From contig NZ_BCZP01000044.1 of the NCBI RefSeq assembly GCF_001598795.1, positions 1 to 22,952 on the forward strand: 22,952 bases of DNA, written 5' to 3'. The stretch is from Delftia acidovorans NBRC 14950. GTDB taxonomy: Bacteria; Pseudomonadota; Gammaproteobacteria; Burkholderiales; Burkholderiaceae_C. A program made the position numbers and the translations under genes. This document shows, piece by piece, positions 1 through 7,109 of this stretch (positions are counted from its first letter, which is position 1; each line of letters starts with the position of its first letter). A model generated the notes under the pieces. That model ran no database searches. It had not been told where the DNA came from and was given only the letters and a program-made list of their open reading frames with translations.

Positions 1-1755
1 CCCACCCCCGCCCCCGCCCCACTCACCATCGTTTTCTGCGACGACTATCTGGACCCGCGCCTGGGCGCCATTGACGCCAACCAGCGTGCCGCAGGCCGGC
101 CCTGGCTGCTGGTGCGGCCAACAGGCGAGCAGGCCATGGCGGGACCGCTTTTCAAACCCCAGGCAGCGGCCTGCTGGCATTGCCTCGCACACCGCTGGCA
201 ACGCAACCATCCCGCACGCGGCGGCAAGCACGGCCAGCCTCAGGACGGCGACCGCTGCCCGCCCGTGCGCGCCGGCGCCGACCTCATCGCCACGCGGCTG
301 CAGGCCCTGCTGCCCACGGTGCAGCGCCTGCTGGCGCACACCGATGCGGCGCAAACCGTGTGGACGCTGGAGCCTGACCAGCCCCACCCGGTGGCCGCCC
401 GCCCGCAATGCCCGCACTGCGGCACGCCAGGGCTGATGGCCCTGCGCCAGCGTGAACGCATTGCGCCAGTTCCCGGCACGCATGCCGCGCGCGCCGATGG
501 CGGCTGGCGCAGCGTGCCGGCCGAGACCACGGTGCAGCGCCTGTCGCAGCACGTCAGCCCGCTGACCGGCGTGATTGCCAGGGTCACGCCGCTGACGGCC
601 GAGACCGACGAAGCACTCACCGTCTACCGCAGCGAAATCTTCAGAACACCGGCCCCCGGCAGCACCAGCCTGGCCGGCTCCGGAACACAGCTGTGTCTGG
701 GCAAGGGCCTGTCGGCCATGCAGGCCCGCGCCAGCGCCATGTGCGAAGCGGTGGAACGCTACGCCGCCTTCCACCAGGGCGACGAAGCCGTAATCGTCGC
801 CCCCGCCGCCGAGCTGGACGCGCCCTGCATCGCGCCCACGGAACTGGCTCGCTTCAGCGAGCGGCAAACCGCCGGCTTTGCCACCGACAGGCCACCGCAT
901 GCCGTGGCCCCCAGCGCCGGCCAGGGCGAGCCCCTGTGGTGGGCTCCCGCCTGGTCCCTGACCGCCGATGCGCGCCGCTACCTGCCGCTGGCCTTCTGCC
1001 TGGCCCATGCGCCCGCGCAAAGCCAGCACCACGTGGGCTGGACCTCCAACGGCTGCGCCGCAGGCAACACGCGGGAAGAGGCCATCCTGCAAGGCTTCAT
1101 GGAACTGGTGGAACGCGACGCCGCCGCCATCTGGTGGTACGGCCAGATCCGCAGGCCCGCCATTGCGCTGCAAGGCATCGACCAGGCCACGCGCCAGCGC
1201 CTGGACCGCAGTTGCGGCCCGCAATGGTCGTACTGGCTGCTGGACATCACGCATGACTTCGGCATACCCGTGGTCGTCTCCGTGGGCCGCCATGCACAGA
1301 CCGGCCAATGGGCCGTGGGCTTTGGCTGCAGCCTGGACCGCGCCCTGGCCTGCGAACGCGCCCTCACCGAAATCAGCCAGCTGATCGCGGCCGGCAAAAG
1401 CTTTGCCGTGCCCGAGCCACTGCAGGCCTTCCTGCACCCTGCGGACAGCGCCGATGCGCCGCCGCAACAGCCTGCGCCTCTGTCTGGGCACACGCCGGAC
1501 ACCACGCCGCCGGACATTGCCCAGGCCATTGCGCGCTGCGTGGACATCGCACGCGGCCTGGGCCTGGAAACCATCGTCTACGACCACTCGCGCCCCGACA
1601 TCCCTGTGCACACCGTCAAAGTCGTGATTCCCGGCCTGTGCCATATCTGGCCGGAACTGGGCAATCCACGGCTGCGCAACGTACCCGTGGCCCTTGGCTG
1701 GCGCAGCCGGCCGCTGCAGGAATCCGAACTGAATCCGCAGGCTCTGTACGTTTGA
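1..1755 (+). CDS. Fused E1-like (cyclodehydratase C-type) / YcaO (D-type) protein of a TOMM/RiPP azoline-forming system; 5'-truncated by the window edge
   Basis: Frame 1 is open from nt 1 (PTPAPAPLTIVFCDDYLDPRLGAIDANQRAAGRPWLLVRP...), so the GTG at 112 used by the track is internal. Two CxxC pairs (CWHC nt 172-183, CPHC nt 409-420) resemble the Zn site of E1/ThiF-like domains. From about nt 520 the YcaO hallmarks GKGLSAMQARASAMCEAVERYAA and GCAAGNTREEAILQGFMELVERDAAAIWWY appear. GC3 is high throughout. Confidence 0.85.
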   Translation, partial: PTPAPAPLTIVFCDDYLDPRLGAIDANQRAAGRPWLLVRPTGEQAMAGPLFKPQAAACWHCLAHRWQRNHPARGGKHGQPQDGDRCPPVRAGADLIATRLQALLPTVQRLLAHTDAAQTVWTLEPDQPHPVAARPQCPHCGTPGLMALRQRERIAPVPGTHAARADGGWRSVPAETTVQRLSQHVSPLTGVIARVTPLTAETDEALTVYRSEIFRTPAPGSTSLAGSGTQLCLGKGLSAMQARASAMCEAVERYAAFHQGDEAVIVAPAAELDAPCIAPTELARFSERQTAGFATDRPPHAVAPSAGQGEPLWWAPAWSLTADARRYLPLAFCLAHAPAQSQHHVGWTSNGCAAGNTREEAILQGFMELVERDAAAIWWYGQIRRPAIALQGIDQATRQRLDRSCGPQWSYWLLDITHDFGIPVVVSVGRHAQTGQWAVGFGCSLDRALACERALTEISQLIAAGKSFAVPEPLQAFLHPADSADAPPQQPAPLSGHTPDTTPPDIAQAIARCVDIARGLGLETIVYDHSRPDIPVHTVKVVIPGLCHIWPELGNPRLRNVPVALGWRSRPLQESELNPQALYV

Positions 1756-1874
1756 CAAACTGAAAAGCGCAGCGGGCATGTACTCTCTCAGCTTGGCAAC
1801 AGGCTGCCGGCTCCGGGCCAATGCGCCCCCAGCCCACCCCCTGTTCACACAAGCCCCAAGGAGAATTCGAGGCG

Positions 1875-2819
1875 ATGGCCCTCTTTCGTAACCAACTCGA
1901 CGGCCGCATCGTCGTGCTGCGGCCCCTGCATACCTTCGGCCGCCATCCCTCGGTCTGCCAGACCGTCATGAAGGCGCCCGACGTCTCCCAGGTCCACGCA
2001 CTGTTCCGCTGGAACCGGCAGACCTGGGAAATCGTGGACCAGAGCCGCAACGGCACCATGCTCAACGGCGTGCGCCTGGTCGCCGGCCGCTGGACCGTTT
2101 TGGCGGTGGGCGCCAAGCTCAGCATGGGCGAAGGCGCAGAAGCGGCCTGGACCGTGGAAGACCTGGGCCCGCCCATCACCTGCCTGAGCCCCGGCCCGGG
2201 ACTGCCCCAGGACGGCCCCCTGGCCCTGAACCCGCGCGGCACCCTGCTGCCCGACGCGCAGGAGCCCGAAGCCAACGTCTTCTTCGAGGATGGCCGCTGG
2301 CTGCAAGAGTCCGGCGACGGCACCGAGCCCCTGGTGGACGGCGCCATGGTCCACACCTCCGCAGGCAGCTGGGAATTCGTGCAATGCGACGACCTGGAAT
2401 CCACGCGGGAAAGCAGCTTCGACCCGCGTGCGCCCAAGCCGCCGGAAGTGTCCTTTCGCTTCACCGTCAGCCAGAACGAAGAGCACGCCAGCCTGACCGT
2501 CATGAGCGACGGCAAACCCATTGCGCTGGGCGAACGCATACACCACTACACCCTGGTCACCCTGGCCCGCGTGCGCCAGCAGGACGCAGAAAAAGGCCTG
2601 GCCCCCGCAAGCCAGGGCTGGATAGAACTGGATGCACTCTCACGCATGCTGGGCGTGGAGCCCTCGTACGTGAACATCCAGATCTTCCGCGCCAAGCACC
2701 AGATCCTCAGCGCCCTGCCCGAATGCGCTGCCTCGCCCGCCCTGGTGGAGCGGCGGCGCGGCAGCCTGCGCTTCGGAGACTTTCCGTTCGAGATCGAAGG
2801 CGGGGCGCGCAGCGCCTGA
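1875..2819 (+). CDS. FHA-domain protein with a C-terminal OmpR/PhoB-like winged-helix DNA-binding domain
   Basis: ATG at 1875 is preceded by AAGGAGA (nt 1858-1864), so the track start at 1821 is less likely. N-terminus is FHA-like: IVVLRPLHTFGRHPSVCQTVM...VSQVHALFRWNRQTWEIVDQSRNGTMLNGVRL. C-terminus has the wHTH pattern LTVMSDGKPIALGERIHHYTLVTLAR...SYVNIQIFRAKHQIL...LVERRRGSLRF (compare VDVHIxRLRxKL ... TVRGxGYRF). Confidence 0.8.
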   Translation: MALFRNQLDGRIVVLRPLHTFGRHPSVCQTVMKAPDVSQVHALFRWNRQTWEIVDQSRNGTMLNGVRLVAGRWTVLAVGAKLSMGEGAEAAWTVEDLGPPITCLSPGPGLPQDGPLALNPRGTLLPDAQEPEANVFFEDGRWLQESGDGTEPLVDGAMVHTSAGSWEFVQCDDLESTRESSFDPRAPKPPEVSFRFTVSQNEEHASLTVMSDGKPIALGERIHHYTLVTLARVRQQDAEKGLAPASQGWIELDALSRMLGVEPSYVNIQIFRAKHQILSALPECAASPALVERRRGSLRFGDFPFEIEGGARSA

Positions 2820-3006
2820 ACGGTGAACTGGAAGGGAGAACGGCAGGCACACGGCGCATCGCTCGCCGCATGTAATCAGCTGTAATTTTCTTGTTGTGCA
2901 CACGTGAATAAAGTGGGAACCGGTTCTTGCCGCCTGCGGTGCGAACCCTCTCACCCTCCTCCCGGACCGGGTTGCCCGAGTCCACTGGCGCACCTGGAAG
3001 ACGCAA

Positions 3007-3354
3007 ATGAGCATGGACATGCGACGTGTACTGTTGATCCCCGCCAGCGCGCGGCCTGTTGACCCTGGCCTGGCCAGCCTTTCCATGGACGCACAGGTCT
3101 GGGAAAACGGCTATCCGCTGGTCGTAGGCAAGGCCCGCCACGGCCTGCTTCAGGACTTCTGGCGGCACTACTACGGCGAATCCGCCGCCATGTTCGTTGC
3201 CGCCGACCAGCTGCTGGAACTGCACAACGACATCATGGCCGCCATCCCCGCCTGCGTGGGCGAGATGCCCGTGCTGCGCTTTCTCAACGATCTCGGAAGA
3301 ATGTGCCTGCAGGCGCATGGGGATGGCAGCGGGCTGCAGGTCATCGGCGACTGA
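3007..3354 (+). CDS. Hypothetical 115-aa cytoplasmic protein (no family recognised)
   Basis: ATG at 3007 follows GGAAG. Codon usage is strongly GC3-biased (ctg/gcc/ggc/gac), as in neighbouring genes. An intrinsic terminator follows at 3403-3432. There is no signal peptide or TM segment. Confidence 0.65.
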   Translation: MSMDMRRVLLIPASARPVDPGLASLSMDAQVWENGYPLVVGKARHGLLQDFWRHYYGESAAMFVAADQLLELHNDIMAAIPACVGEMPVLRFLNDLGRMCLQAHGDGSGLQVIGD

Positions 3355-3402
3355 CGAAACGGATGACTCCTGGGGTTGCCGCGCGTCCCTCTCGCGGCAT
3401 TG

Positions 3403-3432
3403 GGCGCATGCACAATGGCATGCGCCTTTTTT
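3403..3432 (+). terminator. Rho-independent terminator
   Basis: Perfect 9-bp stem ggcgcatgc / gcatgcgcc with the 6-nt loop acaatg, followed by tttttt (3427-3432). Confidence 0.75.
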
Positions 3433-3446
3433 GCGCCCGACTGACC

Positions 3447-3854
3447 ATGAGCAACGCCCCGGATAGCCCCCCTCTTGCCCTGACCGGCAGCTGCCTGTGC
3501 GGCGCCATCGCCTATGAACTGCGGTCCAGCCCCAAGGCCGTGTCGCACTGCCACTGCCGCATCTGCCAGAAGGCCCACGGCGCCGCATTCGCCACCTACG
3601 GCAGCGTGCCGGCAAAGGACCTTGTCTTCACCCAGGGCCAGGAGCAATTGCGCTCCTTTGCCTCATCGCCAGGCATCACGCGCTGCTTTTGCCAGCAATG
3701 CGGCTCATCGCTGACGTGGCACAGCGCGCATTACGCAGAGGGCTCCTGGATCTCTGTTGCTTTGGCCACGCTGGATTCGGAGTTGGCGGTGGGTGGGCAG
3801 CGGCATGTGAATCGGGGGATGGGGATGGGGTGGGTGGATTTTGGAATGGATTGA
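3447..3854 (+). CDS. GFA-family (glutathione-dependent formaldehyde-activating / CENP-V-like) Zn-binding protein
   Basis: ATG at 3447 lies downstream of the terminator, so the track start at 3303 would read through it. Motifs GSCLCGAIAYEL, VSHCHCRICQKAHGAAF and RCFCQQCGSSL match the two Cys clusters of the GFA domain. Confidence 0.85.
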   Translation: MSNAPDSPPLALTGSCLCGAIAYELRSSPKAVSHCHCRICQKAHGAAFATYGSVPAKDLVFTQGQEQLRSFASSPGITRCFCQQCGSSLTWHSAHYAEGSWISVALATLDSELAVGGQRHVNRGMGMGWVDFGMD

Positions 3855-4398
3855 TCGGGGGCTGGTTCGGCCAGGAGCGGCTGGTTGCGACGCCCGCTTG
3901 GGTTGGCTGCTTCAGGCTGAACTGCGACATTCACGGCGCAGTGCGTGAGTGGCTGCAACGGTCAAGACCGGTCACTCGCTGGTTGTTCTGCAAGGCGCTG
4001 CCGGCGCCCAAGTTCCGAGATTTTTGAATTGGCGGTCATGGCGTCTTCCGTGCGTGGCATTTCTTCGTTTTTTAGTTGCGTAGGCTGGTCAGCGTTATTT
4101 TTGGATCTATTTTTTCTATTTTTCTGTTCGCCAGCGCACATCATGGAAAAAATATTTTGGATGCGCAATTAAATGACCTCATCTCGGATTCGGCAGCAGA
4201 ACTGATTTTCATATGAAAAAACCGCCTTCCCGGCAGCTGGCTTTGCGTACGCAGCCGCACATACATGGAATCAAAAAATCACCATGATCAATAGTGCGGC
4301 CTGCTTGAAGAGAAAAATCATCTGATGACCCGGCTTCAGCATCAGTCATCGAGGTATCCATCACGAGAAATGAACGAAACTCATTTCATTGGAATTGT

Positions 4399-5133
4399 AT
4401 GAAAAATTCGGGCACCCATCATGCCAATGTTGAAAACAGGATAATACGCCTGCTTTATCCTTCATCGGCAGATTACTTTGTTGAGCACTGTGAAGTGTTC
4501 GAATTGATTGCACTATCAGAATTGAGCAAAGCAGGCAACCCTCTGGAGCACGCTTACTTTCCTGAAAGCGGATGCATCTCCTTGGTTATGGAAATCAACA
4601 GCAACCATTCCCTGGGACATTCCCTGGGAATAGGCATGGTAGGGAATGAGGCGATGGTCGGGTCAGAAAGCATTCTAGGCCATGCAACACCTCCTCCTTG
4701 GAAGATTTTGGTACAGCAATCTGGTACCTGCTGGCGAATAAGCCGCACGGATTTAGAAAAGCAGTGCACAGAGATCCCCATGCTCGGTGAACTGATTAAA
4801 AAATTCATACTTGTGCGCTTGCATCAACAGGCACGTTTCACAGTCTGCCTGAACTACCATACGGCAGCCTCCCGTCTGGCCCGATGGCTGTTGATGAGCA
4901 GCGACCGATGTGCCGGCAGCTTCCATGTCACACAGCAATTCATGGCATTGATACTGGGCGTACGGCGTGTCAGCATCACCAACATCGCCAGCAGATTTCA
5001 GAACGACGGCATGATTGCCTACAAACGTGGTGAGATGATGGTATTGAACCGCGCAGCGCTGGAAAACAGGGCGTGCAGCTGCTACGCGGCAGACAGACAA
5101 ATCTATTCAAGAATCATGGGCACCCCGGCCTGA
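4399..5133 (+). CDS. Crp/Fnr-family transcriptional regulator (cNMP-binding-like domain plus C-terminal HTH)
   Basis: HAYFPESGCISLV...VGNEAMVG (beta-roll); RLARWLLMSSDR...VTQQFMALILGVRRVSITNIASRFQNDGMIAYKRGEMMVLNRAALENRACSCY (HTH_Crp). ATG at 4399. The gene sits in the AT-richer patch. Confidence 0.85.
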   Translation: MKNSGTHHANVENRIIRLLYPSSADYFVEHCEVFELIALSELSKAGNPLEHAYFPESGCISLVMEINSNHSLGHSLGIGMVGNEAMVGSESILGHATPPPWKILVQQSGTCWRISRTDLEKQCTEIPMLGELIKKFILVRLHQQARFTVCLNYHTAASRLARWLLMSSDRCAGSFHVTQQFMALILGVRRVSITNIASRFQNDGMIAYKRGEMMVLNRAALENRACSCYAADRQIYSRIMGTPA

Positions 5134-5251
5134 AAGACCAAAGTCAAAAATTCAAAAATCCAAGGACGTGCGCCAGCGCACAGACCATCGCTTGGGAACA
5201 CGATGCAATGCAACTCTACGCCGTGCATTGCAAAGCGCCTTGGAGAGCATC

Positions 5252-5410
5252 ATGAGTCTGACCACCATTCTTCTAATCGTCCTGATCCTGGTGCTTGTAG
5301 GCGCTCTGCCTTCATGGCCCCACAGCCGTAGCTGGGGATACGCTCCCAGCATTGCGATAAGCCTGCTGGTGGTGGTGGTCGTGGTATTGCTGCTTACGGG
5401 GCGGGCCTAA
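5252..5410 (+). CDS. DUF3309-family small membrane protein (52 aa)
   Basis: ATG at 5252 is preceded by GGAGAG (5242-5247). Sequence MSLTTILLIVLILVLVGALPSWPHSRSWGYAPS...LLLTGRA matches the pattern I recall for DUF3309 (two TM helices flanking a W-P-x-S-R-x-W-G-Y motif). Confidence 0.75.
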   Translation: MSLTTILLIVLILVLVGALPSWPHSRSWGYAPSIAISLLVVVVVVLLLTGRA

Positions 5411-6195
5411 GTGCCCTCAAAAACACTGAACTGATAGCCGCTGCGCATGCGCTTGGCCCGATACATGGCGCGATCCGCATCAGCAATCAATTGCTCCGCA
5501 GACACAGGCCATTCGTGTGCGATCACGATGCCCATGCTGGCCTCCACTTTCAGCTCCAGCCCGTTGCAGTGAATGGGGTTGGCTATTTCCCTGCAGATCA
5601 TTCTGGCCAAGGCGCGCAGCTGCTCCATTTCCGGAGAGGGCTCCAGCAGGCATGCGAACTCGTCGCCTCCCAGCCTGCACACCAGATCCTCTCGGCGGAT
5701 GAAGGATCTCAGGCGGCCCGATACGACCTTGAGGACTTCATCTCCTGCACTGTGGCCATGGAGATCGTTGATTGTCTTGAAGCCATCCAGATCCATATAC
5801 AACACCGCGATGGGAATGGCCTGGGGCATGGCAAAGCCGATCGCCCTGGAAAGCCGATCCAGGAATGAGAACCTGTTCGGCAGGGAGGTCAGATGGTCAT
5901 GTGTCGCCAGGTGATGCGCTGCGCGTTCATCCGCCTTGGTCCTGTCAAGCTCGAAATGCGCCTTTCCCAGGGCGATACGCGTGTTGTGCAACTCCTCGCG
6001 CAGTGAGTCGCATTGCCGCTGCAGGCCTTGCAAACAGGCTTCAAGCCCCTTGCGCATTCGATTTTCCACGGAGACGCCCAGCCAGTGATTTCGCTCGAAA
6101 TCCGACTGGATGGCGTGGGGGCGAAGGCCTGCTTCGTCTGCAAAAAAAGCACCTGTTCTTCTTGATCCGATGTGCCTTGGATACCTTTGAGCCAT
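5407..6195 (-). CDS. GGDEF-domain diguanylate cyclase with an N-terminal coiled-coil and no recognisable sensor domain
   Basis: ATG (cat at 6193-6195) with GAGGA upstream. Motifs LTSLPNRFSFLDRL, LYMDLDGFKTINDLHGHSAGDEVL and RLGGDEFACLL. An RxxD I-site candidate (RRED) lies 5 residues before GGDEF. Confidence 0.9.
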   Translation of the reverse strand: MAQRYPRHIGSRRTGAFFADEAGLRPHAIQSDFERNHWLGVSVENRMRKGLEACLQGLQRQCDSLREELHNTRIALGKAHFELDRTKADERAAHHLATHDHLTSLPNRFSFLDRLSRAIGFAMPQAIPIAVLYMDLDGFKTINDLHGHSAGDEVLKVVSGRLRSFIRREDLVCRLGGDEFACLLEPSPEMEQLRALARMICREIANPIHCNGLELKVEASMGIVIAHEWPVSAEQLIADADRAMYRAKRMRSGYQFSVFEGT

Positions 6196-6313
6196 GGTGT
6201 TCCTCAGAATTCGCCATGCTTGAGGGAAACGGATGATTCGCAGATCCGGAAGATGAATATCGCCTTCACCATTTCACAGACAAGCCCTTGATCCGCCAGC
6301 GATTTCTACATGA

Positions 6314-6339
6314 CCATGCAGGATGCCAAGCCTGCATGG
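6314..6339 (-). terminator. Hairpin immediately downstream of the lipoprotein gene; possible terminator without a clear U-tract
   Basis: Perfect 9-bp stem ccatgcagg / cctgcatgg with an 8-nt loop, ending 7 nt from the stop codon at 6346-6348. No T-run follows on the minus strand. Confidence 0.35.
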
Positions 6340-6345
6340 CACGGT

Positions 6346-6570
6346 TTACTTCTTGTCCTTGCCGACCTGGTTGCCGATGACTCCACCGACCGCAGCACCA
6401 CCGACCGTCCCCACAGCGCTGCCTCCTGTGAGCACGGCCCCGCCGATCGCTCCTGCACCCGCACCGATCGCCGTGCTTTGATCCCTTTTGGACATATTGC
6501 CGCAGCCGGCCAGGCCCATCAGCAGGACTGTCGCCGCCAGGGCGAGCGCATTGACCTTGATTTTTTTCAT
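6346..6570 (-). CDS. Glycine-zipper lipoprotein (OsmB-like, 74 aa)
   Basis: Internal ATG (cat at 6568-6570) of the 161-aa track ORF. MKKIKVNALALAATVLLMGLAGC forms a lipobox (L-A-G-C). It is followed by the glycine zipper GAGAGAIGGAVLTGGSAVGTVGGAAVGGVIG. Confidence 0.8.
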   Translation of the reverse strand: MKKIKVNALALAATVLLMGLAGCGNMSKRDQSTAIGAGAGAIGGAVLTGGSAVGTVGGAAVGGVIGNQVGKDKK

Positions 6571-6845
6571 GGGAGAACCTCTTTGAAACGTAGTGGACTG
6601 GCGCATGGCGTGGAGGCTGCCCGCCCTGGTCAGGAACGCCGTCCACCGCACCCACGCGCTGCGCTGTGCCTGCCATGCCATCCCACAGTGGCCTGTTCGC
6701 ACATCGCCGTCGGTGCGGTAGGGCACATCGCCGCGTGTTGCCCGTGAATGTTCGTCTGCGCACAGACGCCGCGGCCTGCGCCCCCTACAAGAGGGCATGT
6801 GTCCAAGGGATTGCATCCGCGCAATCCGCACCAGGAGTTCCGCCC

Positions 6846-7088
6846 ATGCCCCGCTTTTCCAACCTCGTCCCGACCTGGGACACCTCCTGCGTCGGCGGGC
6901 CTGCCAGCCTGTCCCAGATGGATCGCCTCATGCTCACCGAGCACCTGGCGCACTGCGATGCGCTGAGAAGGCCATTGCTCGCGCTTTGGACGGGATTCAC
7001 GGCCATCCACCGCATGCTGGGCGAGCGCACGCTGACGGGAATGCTGCTGATCGCAACCCTGGCCGCCGTCGTGTGGCTTGCTCTGTAG
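6846..7088 (+). CDS. Hypothetical 80-aa protein with a C-terminal TM helix, just upstream of ndvB
   Basis: ATG at 6846 lies 8 nt after AGGAG (6833-6837). Third codon positions are strongly GC-rich. The C-terminus GMLLIATLAAVVWLAL is hydrophobic. The stop is 21 nt before the ndvB ATG. No family recognised. Confidence 0.45.
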   Translation: MPRFSNLVPTWDTSCVGGPASLSQMDRLMLTEHLAHCDALRRPLLALWTGFTAIHRMLGERTLTGMLLIATLAAVVWLAL

Positions 7089-7109
7089 TGCGCTGCCCGG
7101 AAGCCATGA

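Noticed and set aside
1793-1808. Sigma-54-like element ttggcaacaggctgcc upstream of the FHA gene.
   Set aside because: The GG and GC dinucleotides are separated by 9 nt rather than the canonical 10 (TGGCAC-N5-TTGC), so it does not fit the -24/-12 spacing.
3007-3354. The 115-aa protein as the RiPP precursor for the YcaO enzyme.
   Set aside because: The C-terminal region is not Cys/Ser/Thr-rich and has no GG/GA leader-cleavage motif. It is also too long and globular-looking. The precursor is more likely upstream of the window.
1616-3615. Minus-strand ORFs overlapping the FHA gene and the 115-aa gene (1616-2539, 1845-2546, 2707-3615).
   Set aside because: They have an Arg/Pro/Ser-rich artefact composition and run through the 3403-3432 terminator or the SD-led FHA gene. 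The plus-strand frames have recognisable domains or proper codon bias.
3945-4172. Small ORFs in the AT-rich spacer: 75 aa on the plus strand with a hydrophobic tail, and 68 aa on the minus strand.
   Set aside because: No SD, the two mutually overlap on opposite strands, and composition reflects the AT-rich DNA. A small hydrophobic peptide from ATG about 4038 is conceivable but unsupported.
4180-4398. FNR/CRP-type boxes (TTGAT-N4-ATCAA) in the regions upstream of both Crp genes (also 16511-16812).
   Set aside because: Candidate TTGA...TCA pairs, such as ttgaagagaaaaatca and ttgactacatcccatca, have the wrong spacing. No convincing box was found by eye.
6666-6845. The long version (140 aa, start 6666) of the ORF upstream of ndvB.
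   Set aside because: The N-terminal 60 residues are Arg/Ala/Cys-rich and lie in the divergent promoter region of the lipoprotein gene. Only the SD-led ATG at 6846 looks like a genuine start.
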